Shown: positions 43,693 to 56,343, counted from the stretch's first letter. The stretch: DNA of 64,000 nt from an uncultured Phycisphaeraceae bacterium (GCA_964564695.1 CAZMCC010000001.1:2571-66570), one strand, 5' to 3'. The notes: generated by a model from the sequence alone, not told the origin. Translations and numbers: made by a program.

Positions 43693-44742
43693 ATGACGGA
43701 TCGGCGGACTGGAGCATTGGTGACGGGCGTTGCGACGGCGGTGGCCGCGGCGTCGGTCGCGTGCGCTCAGAGCGTGCCGAACTACGACTTCCAGTGGGCG
43801 ACGGTGGGGGATCTGAACAACGGCGGGTACGACGGGCCGACGCCGTTCGGACTCAAGATGCTGCTCGGGCGCGGGAGCGTGGACTACACATACCGCATCA
43901 GCAAGCTCGAGGTGACGACCTCGCAGTGGATGGAGTTCGTGAACACGTACTCGACCCGCGGCGACGAGTGGCGATTCTTCGGCGAACCAACGTTTTGGGG
44001 CGCGGTGGTGGACCCGTCCTATCAGGGGCCGGGTCGCCGGTACAGCTTGCGGACCGACGTCGCTAACGCGGGAATGCTGCCGGTGGTGCGCATGACGTGG
44101 CGCGACTCGGCGATGTTCTGCAACTGGCTCAACAACGATAAGGCGCCGACGCTCGAAGCGATCGCGAACGGCGCGTATGACATCAGCACGTTCGGCCAGA
44201 ACCCCGACGGAACTTTCACGGACCAAGCGGTGCACAACCCGGACGCGAAGTTCTGGATCCCCACGCTTGACGAGTGGATGAAGGCTGTGCGGTTCGATCC
44301 CAACCGCATGGGTGAAGGACAGGGCGGCTGGTGGCAGTACCCCAACATGAGCGACGAGCCGCCGATTCCCGGACGGCCGGAGGACGGAGGAACCACCAGT
44401 GCGGGGTACACCGATCTGGAGATCGCGTTTGGGGAATGGGACATTCCCCTTGGCGCGTATGCCGACTACATGTCGGCGTACGGGCTGTGGGACACATCCG
44501 GCGCGGGGAGCGAATGGATCGAGGACTACATCAACGGGCAACATCGGGAGCGGATTTACCTCGGCTCCTTCGCGAGCGGCGAATACGTCGTTGAGGATCA
44601 CTCGAGCGTGGCGATGAGTTCTCAGCCGGATTCGGCGGGGACAATGATCGGATTTCGCATTGCGAGTCAAGTTCCGGAGCCGGCTTCAGCGGCGACTTTT
44701 CTGTTTGGCTGTTCTCTGATCAGAAGAAAGAGGAGTTCATGA
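43693..44742 (+). CDS. FGE-sulfatase (SUMF1/DUF323)-like domain protein with a PEP-CTERM tail
   Basis: Signal peptide-like ALVTGVATAVAAASVACAQ. MTWRDSAMFCNWLN and the terminal IGFRIA are typical of formylglycine-generating-enzyme-like domains. C-terminus VPEPASAATFLFGCSLIRRKRSS (PEP-CTERM). Confidence 0.6.
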   Translation: MTDRRTGALVTGVATAVAAASVACAQSVPNYDFQWATVGDLNNGGYDGPTPFGLKMLLGRGSVDYTYRISKLEVTTSQWMEFVNTYSTRGDEWRFFGEPTFWGAVVDPSYQGPGRRYSLRTDVANAGMLPVVRMTWRDSAMFCNWLNNDKAPTLEAIANGAYDISTFGQNPDGTFTDQAVHNPDAKFWIPTLDEWMKAVRFDPNRMGEGQGGWWQYPNMSDEPPIPGRPEDGGTTSAGYTDLEIAFGEWDIPLGAYADYMSAYGLWDTSGAGSEWIEDYINGQHRERIYLGSFASGEYVVEDHSSVAMSSQPDSAGTMIGFRIASQVPEPASAATFLFGCSLIRRKRSS

Positions 44743-46586
44743 AGTTGCTGGTGTCTTGGCTATGCGCTCTGGTTGTGGTTGTGGGAGCACCCGCGGTTGC
44801 TCACGCGGGCGCCGAAGTGATTGTCACGGTCACGCGATCCGGCGGGGGGATTTGTTCAGGCACGTCCGTTTACTTCTTCAACGCCGGCACGCCCTTCACG
44901 TTGAATCTGGGCAGCTGTGATCACCAAATCAACATCGACACAATATCGAGTTCGATCAACATCGGTAAGATCACGCTTGACGGGGGGCCATCGTCCGGTG
45001 TAATCGACATCGTGCTGGCGCCGTGGCCCAACAGCCTCATCCAATCGGATACCGCACCGACGTATTTCATTGGCGCCAACTGGGCGGGCATTGACGATCA
45101 ACCACTCGATTTTTCGTCGGCTGTCCGTACGCGGCTGTATGGCGGCATTGGCGGCGCCGTAACGGGCGAGATCCATGTTGACGAGATATCTCGCTTTGAT
45201 TGCCTCGGAGCCCTCCAGGCTCCGATTACCTGCCAAACAGGGATCAATTTTGGAAATACGTTTGTTGTGCAGGCAAGCTCGTCGACGACCGGTGGCACGA
45301 TCTCGGTCTCGTCAAGCGGAATGTTGAGAGTTCGCGGGACTGGCACGCAGGGTTTGGCGGGTGCGATTTCTGCTCAGGGCGGCGGCATCAATCTGATCGC
45401 GTCCACTTCGGGCGGGTTGTTTGGGAACGTTAGCGCAACCGGGGATATTGCCAGCATCGACATGGGCGGTGCTATTGGCACTTCCACCACTCCCGTTTCC
45501 ATTACAACCACCGGACATGGATCCGACGTTGGCACTGTCAAGGGAACGGCGGTCTACGCCAACATCACAACTCCCCACCAATCCAATCCGCGCGGCGACA
45601 CCAAGCGGATCGAGGCCACTACTGGCGGCTTCAAGGGATCACTGACGACATATGTCATGCAGGGCACCGCTCTGGGTACCCCTGCGATTGACCTCGCCAC
45701 GAATCTTGATGCGAATGTTGACGTATTCGCGCTTGACCGTGGGCTCACGATCGACGGAAGCATACTTGCGGGCCGAACTGTTCGCGTGGGCCGAGCCCTC
45801 GCAGCCCAGGCGCCGGTTGTGATTGGCTCCGGGGGGCTGCAAGGACAGATCATTCTCAATGCCGAGAATATCGACGGCACGTGGTCGGGTTCGGTGACGG
45901 TCGGCAGCACCACGTTGTCTCCAACACCCTACTACACGCAGTTGTCTTCCCAACTCGGCGGCGGTGCCGTTGGCCTCGCTCCGTATAATTGTCACGTCCA
46001 GGACTGCGACCCGCCGCACCTTTCCGTCCTCACCGAAGAAGAAGTCGGCGAGGGCCTTTCGAGCGTGGTCGTGCGTCACTACGGCCCCGTGAACTTCGCA
46101 TCGGGATTCCCCTTCGTCGTCATGGAGACCGAGCTCCCGAACTATGTCGATGTTCCGAACAGTATCTGTTGGGAGTGCTGCGGGGTCGGGACGTGCTCGT
46201 ACAGCCCGCCGGTTCCGGGCTGCCTCGGCACGCCGGTGAACATCAGTTCAAGCCTCTCGGCGGTTCAGAGCGAGACCAACCCGCGCGACATCATCGTCTC
46301 GGGCGTGGGCGGCTTCAAGTTCAGCCAGTGGCACACGTACTGCTTCAAGCCGCTGCGCACGGCAACCAGCAACAAGCTGTACTGCGAAGGAGTCACGGGT
46401 TCGCCCGTCGTGACCGATTACATCTATCGCTTCGCCATCATCGGGAGCATGTTCGACCTCAACTACAGCGGCGATGTCGAGTACGGCGACGTGACTGAGT
46501 GGTTCGAGGAACCCGTCGACTTCAACGGCGACGAAGCAGCGGACTCCGCGGACCTCGCAGAGTTGATCGAAGCGGTCGGCGAGTGA
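44739..46586 (+). CDS. Large secreted protein with a degenerate dockerin/EF-hand-like C-terminus, lower GC
   Basis: ATGA overlap with the upstream gene. Signal peptide MKLLVSWLCALVVVVGAPAVAHA. C-terminus DLNYSGDVEYGDVTEWFEEPVDFNGDEAADSADLAELIEAV. Two hand-counted 60-nt lines give 55-57% GC, against 70% in actB. Confidence 0.6.
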   Translation: MKLLVSWLCALVVVVGAPAVAHAGAEVIVTVTRSGGGICSGTSVYFFNAGTPFTLNLGSCDHQINIDTISSSINIGKITLDGGPSSGVIDIVLAPWPNSLIQSDTAPTYFIGANWAGIDDQPLDFSSAVRTRLYGGIGGAVTGEIHVDEISRFDCLGALQAPITCQTGINFGNTFVVQASSSTTGGTISVSSSGMLRVRGTGTQGLAGAISAQGGGINLIASTSGGLFGNVSATGDIASIDMGGAIGTSTTPVSITTTGHGSDVGTVKGTAVYANITTPHQSNPRGDTKRIEATTGGFKGSLTTYVMQGTALGTPAIDLATNLDANVDVFALDRGLTIDGSILAGRTVRVGRALAAQAPVVIGSGGLQGQIILNAENIDGTWSGSVTVGSTTLSPTPYYTQLSSQLGGGAVGLAPYNCHVQDCDPPHLSVLTEEEVGEGLSSVVVRHYGPVNFASGFPFVVMETELPNYVDVPNSICWECCGVGTCSYSPPVPGCLGTPVNISSSLSAVQSETNPRDIIVSGVGGFKFSQWHTYCFKPLRTATSNKLYCEGVTGSPVVTDYIYRFAIIGSMFDLNYSGDVEYGDVTEWFEEPVDFNGDEAADSADLAELIEAVGE

Positions 46587-46750
46587 GTTTGACGATGGTG
46601 AAAGGCAACGGTAAAGGAAGACGGACCCTTATGAGCCTTGATCAATGCCATTCGACGGTCGGTGAGAAGCCCATCCCCGCGGCACGCAGCGTGCCGATGG
46701 AAGCCGTGGGCATCTCTCCGCTTTCCAGCGCCGCCGGTCAGGCCAAGGGC

Positions 46751-49700
46751 ATGAAGTTCTGGCGCAGCCTCGACGAGTACGCCGACGCGCCCGAGTTCCG
46801 CGAGTGGCTCGAGAAGGAATTCCCCGCGGGCGCCAGCCGTCTCATCGAGACCAGCCGTCGCGACTTCGTCAAGCTCATGGGCGCCAGCGTCGCCCTCGCG
46901 GGCGCGGCCATGATGCCGGGCTGCCGCCGGCCTGACCACAAGATCATGCCGTACTCGAAGAACGTCCCCGAGGAGACCATCCCCGGCAAGGCCGTGTACT
47001 TCGCGACGAGCATGCCCGTCCTGGGCGGCGGTTTCGGCGCCGGCGCTGAAGGCCTGCTCATCGAGACGCACGAAGGTCGCCCGACCAAGGTCGAGGGCAA
47101 CCCGCTCCACCCGAACAACCGCGGCAAGAGCAGCATGTGGGCCCAAGCCAGCGTGCTCGATCTCTACGACCCGGACCGTCTCAAGGACCCCGTGCTCGTC
47201 GACACCGGCGACATGCCCCGCTCGTGGGACGACTTCGGCGCGTGGAGCAAGCAGCACTTCGCGAAGTTCGACGCCAACCAGGGCGCCGGCCTCGTCTTCC
47301 TCGCCGAGAAGGTCTCGAGCCCCTCGCGTGACGCGGCCCGCGACGCCGTGATCGCCAAGTGGCCCAAGGCCGCGTGGGCGGTGTACGACCCGACCGAGGA
47401 CGCGGGCCTGCTCGCCGGCAGCCCGCCGATGTGGGGCGACCGTCCGTGCAAGCAACTGCTCGACCTCTCCAAGGCCAAGACGATCGTCGCGTTCGATCGC
47501 GACCTGCTCTTCAGCGAGCCCGCCGCCCTCACGCACGCCCGCGACTTCGCGGCCACGCGCAAGGCGATGACGACCAAGGACGAGATGAGCCGCCTGTACG
47601 CCGTGGAGAGCCGCTTCACGCTCACCGGCGGCAAGGCCGATCATCGCGTGCGTCTGGCCCCGAGCCAGATTCCGTGGGCGATCGCGATGCTCGCGAAGGC
47701 GGTGATGGCGAAGCTCGGCGGCGGCGGTGGGGGGGGTGGGGGGTTGGCGACCGCGATCTCCTCGATGTCCGCCACGCTCCCCGCGGCGTTCGCCGAGTCC
47801 GGCCTCAACCAGCAGTGGATCGACGCCTGCGCCGACGACCTCGTCGCGAACAAGGGCCACAGCGTGGTCGTCGCCGGCCCGGGCCAGCCCGGTGCGGCCC
47901 ACGCGATGTGCCACCTGCTGAACGTCGCGCTGGGCAACGTCGGCACGACCGTGAGCTATCTCGAGATGAGCAGCGAGGAGGCCTCGAGCTCGGCGGGCGA
48001 GCTCGCGAAGGTCGCGGCGCTGCTCGACACCGGCAAGGTCGACACGATCGTCTGCCTCGGCGTCAACCCCGTGTACGACGCGCCCGGCGCGCTCGACTTC
48101 GGGGCCAAGTTCGCCAAGGCCGGCATGCGGATCACCCTCGACCACGGCCCCAGCGAGACCGTCGCCGCCAGCAACTGGCGCCTTCCCAAGGCCCACTTCC
48201 TCGAGGCCTGGGGCGACACCCGCTCGGTCGACGGCACGATCGCCCCGATCCAGCCCATGATCGCTCCGCTGTACGGCGCCAAGAGCGACCTCGAAGTGCT
48301 CGCGATGATCCGCGGCGCCGAGCACACCGACGGCTACGAGCTCGTCCGGGCCGCGTGGCGCGATGCCGAGGGCGGGCGCGCCGGCGGCCACGAGGGCGGC
48401 GACTTCGAGAAGCGCTGGCGCCGCGTGCTGCACGACGGCGTGGCGTCGGGCACCGTGGGCCAGGCCGCCGCCAAGCCGATCGACCGTGCGAAGCTCGAGG
48501 CGTGGGCGACGGGCCTCGTCGCGGGCATGAAGCCCGCGGGCGTGCCCGCCCGGGGCTCGCTCGACGTGGTCTTCGCCGCCAGCAACGTCGGCTCGGGCAA
48601 GCAGGCCAACAACGGCTGGCTGCACGAGCTTCCCGACGCCACGAGCCACCTCTCGTGGGACAACGCCGCGTACGTGAGCCCCAAGACCGCCGAGGCCCTG
48701 GGCCTCATGCCGAACTCGGGCACGAGCGAAGTGCGCGAGGCCCGCATCGCCGACCTCACCGTCGGCGGCCGGACCCTGCGGATCATCGTGTGGCCGACGC
48801 CGGGCGTCGCCGAGAACACCGTGGTGCTCCCGCTGGGCTTCGGCCGGACCGTGGTCGGGCGCGTGGGCGAGGGCTGCGGCTTCAATACCTATGCGGTGCG
48901 TCCGGCCGGCGGCGAGTTCAGCGCGAGCGGCGCCACGCTCAAGCCCGCGAGCGAGGGCGACCGCTGGTACCGCGTCGCGTGCACGCAGACGCACTACTCG
49001 ATGGAAGGCCGCGCGCTCCTCCGCGAGGTCGACGTCGGCGCGTACCGCGCGTACGGCGACGACCCCTTCGTCGGGATGAGCGAACAGGACAAGAAGAAGC
49101 TCGCCACCGACAGCTATGGGCGCGACCGGCGCATGACCTTCGCCGAGCGCCTGGGTGAGCTGAGCCACACGCCGGCGAACGAGTCGATCTACGACAACCC
49201 GTACAACCTCGGCAAGCGCGACCCCGACACCACGAAGCGGACCGACAAGGGCGGCCCACCGGCCTACAGCGTCGGCCCGCAGTGGGGCATGTCGATCGAC
49301 CTCGCCACGTGCACCGGCTGCAACGTGTGCACCATCGCCTGCCAGGCCGAGAACAACATCCCGATCGTCGGCAAGCGCGAGGTCCAGAAGGGGCGCGAGC
49401 TCCAGTGGATCCGCGTCGACCGCTACTTCATGTCCGAAGCGACCAACCCGCGCGGCATGGACGACCCCACGGGCATGAGCTTCCAGCCCGTCGCCTGCGT
49501 CCATTGCGAGAACGCCCCCTGCGAGACCGTCTGCCCGGTGAACGCCACCGTGCACGGCCCCGAGGGCATCAACTACATGGTCTACAACCGGTGCATCGGC
49601 ACCCGGTACTGCGCCAACAACTGCCCGTACAAGGTCCGCCGGTTCAACTTCTTCGACTACGGCGTCGCCAAGTACAAGGGCCAGTACCTGGGCAAGGAAG

Positions 49701-50334
49701 AGGCCGACAAGATCCCCGGCGGCGGCCCCAGCAACAACCCCAACTTCGTCCCGCCCCGCCTGCGCGAGAAGCTCGACGAGATCACCAAGCTGCAGATGAA
49801 CCCCGACGTGACCGTCCGCTCCCGCGGCGTCATGGAGAAGTGCACCTACTGCCTGCAGCGCACCAACGAGGCCCGCATCGAGGCCAAGCTCAAGAAGCTC
49901 CCGGGCATCCTCGACGGCATGGTGCAGACCGCCTGCCAGCAGGCCTGCCCCAGCGACGCCATCAGCTTCGGCGACATGCTCGACAGCGCGACCGACTACG
50001 ACGCCCGCAAGGGCAGCCGCCTGCACGCCGAGCGCAACCACTCCCGCAGCTACCTGCTGCTGGGCTACCTCAACACGCGCCCCCGCACGACCTACATGGT
50101 CGGGCTCCGCAACCCCAACCCCACGATCCGCCCAAGCGTCGACAACCCCTTCCATCACGGGGACCACGACGACAACGGGCATGAGGGGCATGACCCCCAC
50201 GAGGCGCCCGCCCCCGCGGGTGAGAAGCCCGCGGAGCGGCACGGCCTGCTCGCCGAGCCCGCGAGCTCCTCGCGCCGCCTCGCCCTTGACTCCGGCCTGA
50301 AGTTCACGCTCCGCGTTCTCGGAGGCACCACCGC

Positions 50335-50338
<4 letters not shown>
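46751..50338 (+). CDS. actB: Alternative complex III subunit ActB (molybdopterin-oxidoreductase-like domain fused to a 4Fe-4S ferredoxin domain)
   Basis: [25 protein letters not shown], then the Tat signal [19 protein letters not shown]. Fe-S Cys clusters [38 protein letters not shown] and CTYCLQR. Alternative ATG starts exist at 46631 and 46697. Confidence 0.85.
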
Positions 50339-51999
<1,661 letters not shown>

Positions 52000-52052
52000 T
52001 CCTGTTCTCTCCGGTCCCTGGCCCCTGATCCCTGACCCCTGGACCCCCTCTT

Positions 52053-52622
52053 ATGGCCAAGCGAACACGCACCATTTACAAGACCCCCGAAGGGCAGGTC
52101 ATCCACGGGATGATGGCGGAGTACGCCACCCCCGCCGACCTCTACCACGCCGCGGAGAAGGTCCGCGACGCCGGGTACTCCCGCTGGGACGTCTACAGCC
52201 CGTTCACCGTGCACGGCATGGACGACGCGATGGGCAACCCCGCCACGAAGCTCCCGCTCGTGGTCGCCGCCATCGGCCTCACCGGCGCCGGCTTCGGCTA
52301 CCTGCTGCAGTACTGGGTCGGGCACATCGCGTACCGCACCGTCGTGCAGGGCAAGCCCACCGACGCGTGGGAGCCGTTCGTCCCGGTGACCTTCGAGCTG
52401 GGCGTGCTGTTCACCGCGTTCGCCGCCCTGCTGGGCATGATCGCGTTCAACAAGCTCCCGATGTGGTACCACCCGCTCATGAAGAAGGAGCGGTTCCTGA
52501 AGGTGTCCGACGACCGCTTCGTGATCCACGTCGAGGCCGCCGACCCCAAGTTTGACCCCGCTGCCACGCGCACCCTGCTGGAGAAGTCCGGCGGGACCCG
52601 CGTCGATCTGGTGGAGGAATAA
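52053..52622 (+). CDS. actD: Alternative complex III subunit ActD (DUF3341)
   Basis: MAEYATPADLYHAAEKVRDAGYSRWDVYSPFTVHGMDDAMG plus two TM helices, the typical ActD layout. Confidence 0.8.
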   Translation: MAKRTRTIYKTPEGQVIHGMMAEYATPADLYHAAEKVRDAGYSRWDVYSPFTVHGMDDAMGNPATKLPLVVAAIGLTGAGFGYLLQYWVGHIAYRTVVQGKPTDAWEPFVPVTFELGVLFTAFAALLGMIAFNKLPMWYHPLMKKERFLKVSDDRFVIHVEAADPKFDPAATRTLLEKSGGTRVDLVEE

Positions 52623-52626
52623 GCCC

Positions 52627-53478
52627 GTGAACCCGAGTCCCGCTCCTAAGCCCGCCGCCCACCGCTCAGCACTCGCGTTCGCGCTGGTGGCCGGCGCGTG
52701 CGCCGCGCTGCTGCCCGCGTGCCACGGCGAGCGCTCCAACGACCCGCCGCGACAGTTCCTCCCCGACATGGACGACTCGCCCAAGTTCAAGCCCCAGATG
52801 CAGACGGAGTTCTTCTCCGACGGTCGGGCCATGCGCGGGCAGGTCCCCGGTACCGTCGCCTTCGGCTTCGACACCGACGCCGCCGACGATGAGCGCGGCC
52901 ACTTCCTCCGCGCCGACGCCGTCTACTACAACGGCTACGAGAAGACCGACGATCATGGCGAGCCGATCTTCGCCGACACCATCCCCGCCGGCATCCAGGT
53001 CACCAAGGACTTCATCCTCCGCGGCCAGCAGCGCTTCAACATCTACTGCTCCGCCTGCCACGGCTACCTCGGCGACGGCAAGGGCATGGTCGGCAAGCAG
53101 TGGTCCGCCCCCGTCCCCAGCTACCACGACGCCAAGTACCTCAACAAGGCGCAGAAGGAAGGCAAGGACGGGTTCATCTTCTACACGATCATGCACGGCG
53201 TCGCGCCCGGCACCCCGGGCGAGCCCACCAAGATGCCGTCGTACGCCGACAAGGTCAACGAGCACGACGCCTGGGCGATCGTCGCGTACGTCCGCACGCT
53301 CCAGAGCGTCTGGGTGACCGACCTCTCCAAGCTGCCCGCCGACAAGCGCCAGCAGATGGACCCCTCGCGTCCGCCGGCGCCCCCGCCGGAGAAGCCGGCC
53401 GCCCCCGCGCCCGGTGCACCCGCGACGCCCGGCGCCCCCCCCAGCCCCGCCCCCGCCGCCACCGGAGGTCACCAGTGA
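52627..53478 (+). CDS. actE: Alternative complex III subunit ActE (monoheme cytochrome c lipoprotein)
   Basis: GTG at 52627. Lipobox LLPAC. A single CSACH heme site, then FIFYTIMHG...MPSYA (Met ligand region). Pro/Ala-rich tail. Confidence 0.75.
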   Translation: MNPSPAPKPAAHRSALAFALVAGACAALLPACHGERSNDPPRQFLPDMDDSPKFKPQMQTEFFSDGRAMRGQVPGTVAFGFDTDAADDERGHFLRADAVYYNGYEKTDDHGEPIFADTIPAGIQVTKDFILRGQQRFNIYCSACHGYLGDGKGMVGKQWSAPVPSYHDAKYLNKAQKEGKDGFIFYTIMHGVAPGTPGEPTKMPSYADKVNEHDAWAIVAYVRTLQSVWVTDLSKLPADKRQQMDPSRPPAPPPEKPAAPAPGAPATPGAPPSPAPAATGGHQ

Positions 53479-54752
53479 GCCAAGCCACCGCCCACGGCCA
53501 TCAGCACGGGGACTTCGACCCCTACGCGATCCGGCGCGTCCGCCTCGACCCGGCCCGCGTCAGCCTCCCCGCCGGCGCGACGAGCAAGCTCTCGGCCTTC
53601 TGCTTCATCGTCGGCGTGCTCGCGCTGATCGTCACTGTCATCATGGGGTTCACCGCGGCCGACCTGACCAAGCACGCGATCGCCGCGTACCACGTCGGCT
53701 TCATGTTCAGCCTCACGATGTGCCTGGGCGCCCTGGGCTGGACGATGATCATGCACGCGGTCAACGCGGGCTGGTCCGTCACTGTGCGTCGCCAGTGGGA
53801 GAACATGGCGAGCCTGCTGCCCTACATGGGCGTGCTGTTCGTCCCGGTGCTCGCGATCGAGCTGCTCGAGGGCGGCAAGCTCTACAAGTGGTTGAACCAC
53901 GCGTACGTCGCCGGCGACGTCCTCGCCGCCGAGAAGCGCCCGTTCCTCAACCCCACGTTCTTCATCGCTCGCTCGTTCGGCTACGTCGTGGTCTGGAGCC
54001 TGCTCTCCCGCTACATGGTCGGCCTCAGCCGGCGCCAGGACGAGACCGGTGACCCCAACATCACCCGGCGCATGCGGTTCACCAGCTGCGGCGGCATCCT
54101 CGTGCTCGGTCTCTCGGTCGCGTTCGCGTCCTTCGACTGGGTCATGTCGATGGACTACCACTGGTTCAGCACGATGTTCGGCGTCTACTTCTTCGCCGGC
54201 AGCCTGCAGAGCTCGGTGGCCCTCTCCATCATCGTCCTCATGTTCCTCATGAAGTCCGGACGCCTCAACGGGCTGGTCTCGGTCGAGCACTTCCACGACC
54301 TGGGCAAGCTCCTGCTCGCGTTCACCGTCTTCTGGGCGTATATCGCCTTCAGCCAGTACTTCCTCATCTGGTACTCGAACATCCCCGAGGAGACCGCCTG
54401 GTTCCTCGTCCGCAAGTCCAACGGCTGGGAGAACGTCTTCTTCCTGCTGTGCTTCGGCCACTTCGTCGGGCCGTTCCTCATCCTGCTGTTCCGTCAGGTG
54501 AAGCGGGTGCCCCGGATCCTGGCGCTCGTCGCCCTGTGGCAGCTCGCGATGCACGCGGCCGACATGTTCTTCCTGATCCGCCCGAACGTCTACCCCGATC
54601 GCATCGGCCTGGGCCTGGTCGACCTCGCCGGGTTCATCGCCCCGCTGGCGATCATGCTGGGGCTGCTCGTCCGCCGGATCGGATCGGTCCCGCTTGTTCC
54701 CACCCAGGACCCGCGCCTCGCCGAGGCGATGGAGCACCGCAACTACATCTGA
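53475..54752 (+). CDS. actF: Alternative complex III subunit ActF (second NrfD-like membrane subunit)
   Basis: GTG at 53475 overlaps the actE stop (GTGA). About 10 TM helices. The ORF track entry starts at 53100, inside actE, which I reject. Confidence 0.75.
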   Translation: MSQATAHGHQHGDFDPYAIRRVRLDPARVSLPAGATSKLSAFCFIVGVLALIVTVIMGFTAADLTKHAIAAYHVGFMFSLTMCLGALGWTMIMHAVNAGWSVTVRRQWENMASLLPYMGVLFVPVLAIELLEGGKLYKWLNHAYVAGDVLAAEKRPFLNPTFFIARSFGYVVVWSLLSRYMVGLSRRQDETGDPNITRRMRFTSCGGILVLGLSVAFASFDWVMSMDYHWFSTMFGVYFFAGSLQSSVALSIIVLMFLMKSGRLNGLVSVEHFHDLGKLLLAFTVFWAYIAFSQYFLIWYSNIPEETAWFLVRKSNGWENVFFLLCFGHFVGPFLILLFRQVKRVPRILALVALWQLAMHAADMFFLIRPNVYPDRIGLGLVDLAGFIAPLAIMLGLLVRRIGSVPLVPTQDPRLAEAMEHRNYI

Positions 54753-54821
54753 CCCCCGCCGCCCCGTCCAGAGCCTGTCCAGAGTCCTCCACCGGTGACC
54801 AATAGACCGGAGTTCGAACGA

Positions 54822-55259
54822 ATGAGCACCCACCACCCCCACGACCCGCACAACCCGCACGCCGACCCGGCACCCCACACGCCGGAGGTGCACGAGGCGC
54901 CCGACCAGTGGCACGACCACACGCGCGATGAGCGTCCCCAGCACGCGCATCTCGAGTCGATCAACGCCCCCAAGGTCACCGGCGTCGGCCTCGGGCTTTT
55001 CCTCGCCGTCGCCGCCACCATCGCGATCGTCTACGGCTTTTACATCTGGTACACGGTCCGTGCCCTTGACTCGCACGAGGGGCCCGGCATGGGCCTCGAG
55101 GGCCCCGCCATTTCCACCCGCGAAGACCTCAAGGCCAAGCTCAACACCGGCTACGCCTGGGCCAGCCACGACGCCGCCCTCCTCCCGATCGATCAGGGCA
55201 TGGACCGCGTCGTGCAGCAGTACGCCGCCCGGCGCCCCGCCCCCGCGAGCAACCCCTGA
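54822..55259 (+). CDS. Small single-TM protein with a His-rich N-terminus (ActG position)
   Basis: MSTHHPHDPHNPHADPAPHTPEVHEAPDQWHDH, then the TM segment VTGVGLGLFLAVAATIAIVYGFYIWY. Assigned by position only. Confidence 0.45.
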   Translation: MSTHHPHDPHNPHADPAPHTPEVHEAPDQWHDHTRDERPQHAHLESINAPKVTGVGLGLFLAVAATIAIVYGFYIWYTVRALDSHEGPGMGLEGPAISTREDLKAKLNTGYAWASHDAALLPIDQGMDRVVQQYAARRPAPASNP

Positions 55260-55296
55260 TAATCCCGCACCTCACACAGGACTCTCCCCGCTCCTC

Positions 55297-56343
55297 ATGA
55301 CGCTCCGCCGATTCGCCAGTTCGCTCGCCCGCTCGCTCTGCCCGTTGGCGGTGACGGTCGTGCTGTGCGCCCTGGCCATCCCCGCCGCCCCGGCGGCCGC
55401 GCAGCTCATCCCCAAGGACAAGCCCGACGAGATCAAGGGCCTCGAGCTCACCAACAAGCTCGGCCAGCCGATCCCGCTCGACCTCGAGTTCACCGACTCC
55501 TCCACCGGCAAGCCCGTCACGCTCCGCGACATCTTCGGCGCCAGGACCGCCGGCTCCGGGATCGACACCACGGCCCCGTCGCTCGCCGACCTGCCTCCCG
55601 ACGGCCTGCCCCGCGGCCAGCGCCCGGTGCTGCTCCTCATGATGTACTTCCGGTGCCCCATCCTGTGCCCCAAGATGCACCAGGAAGTCACCGAGCTCCT
55701 GGGCAACCTCGAGTTCCGCATCGGGCGCGACTTCGACGTCATCATGGTCAGCTTTGACCCGCTCGATACGCCGCGCGAGGCCGAGCACTTCAAGACCGAC
55801 GGCTTCATGCTCTACAGCAAGCCCGTCGACGAATACACCCGCGCCGGCTGGCACTACCTCACCGGCACCGCCCAGAACGCCAGGGTCCTCGCCGACTCGA
55901 TCGGGTTCGCGTACCGCTACATCCCCGAGTCCAAGCAGTACTCGCACGGCCCGGCCATCTTCCTGCTCACGCCCGAGGGCGTGCTGTCGCGGGTCTTCCC
56001 CAACTTCGAATTCACCGAGGCCGCACGCCTCGGTGATGTCCGCATGGCGCTCGTCGAAGCCTCCCAGGGCCGCATCGGGTCCACCTTCGACCAGCTCATG
56101 CTCTTCTGCTATCGCTTCGATCCCCGCGAGGGCAGCTACGTGCTGCAGGCCCTGCGGGTCATGCAGATCGGCGGGCTCATCACCGTCGTCGCCCTCGGCG
56201 GGCTCGTCGGCTGGCTCGTCCGGGGCGAACTCCGCAAGCGCACCCGCGCCGCGGCGGCGCTCGGTTCCGGGGCTGGGGGCGGCGGGGCGACTGGCATCAG
56301 CAACTCGATCATCAAGAACGCGACGGCGGTGGGCGCACCATGA
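55297..56343 (+). CDS. SCO1/SenC-family copper chaperone with an extra C-terminal TM segment
   Basis: ATG at 55297, signal/anchor LCPLAVTVVLCALAI. Thioredoxin-fold CxxxC site FRCPILCP and the downstream conserved His (YSHGPAIFLLTPEG). Confidence 0.75.
   Translation: MTLRRFASSLARSLCPLAVTVVLCALAIPAAPAAAQLIPKDKPDEIKGLELTNKLGQPIPLDLEFTDSSTGKPVTLRDIFGARTAGSGIDTTAPSLADLPPDGLPRGQRPVLLLMMYFRCPILCPKMHQEVTELLGNLEFRIGRDFDVIMVSFDPLDTPREAEHFKTDGFMLYSKPVDEYTRAGWHYLTGTAQNARVLADSIGFAYRYIPESKQYSHGPAIFLLTPEGVLSRVFPNFEFTEAARLGDVRMALVEASQGRIGSTFDQLMLFCYRFDPREGSYVLQALRVMQIGGLITVVALGGLVGWLVRGELRKRTRAAAALGSGAGGGGATGISNSIIKNATAVGAP

Noticed and set aside
46463-50242. 1259-aa ORF on the - strand
   Set aside because: It is exactly antisense to actB, which has a Tat signal and Fe-S motifs, so it is a shadow ORF.
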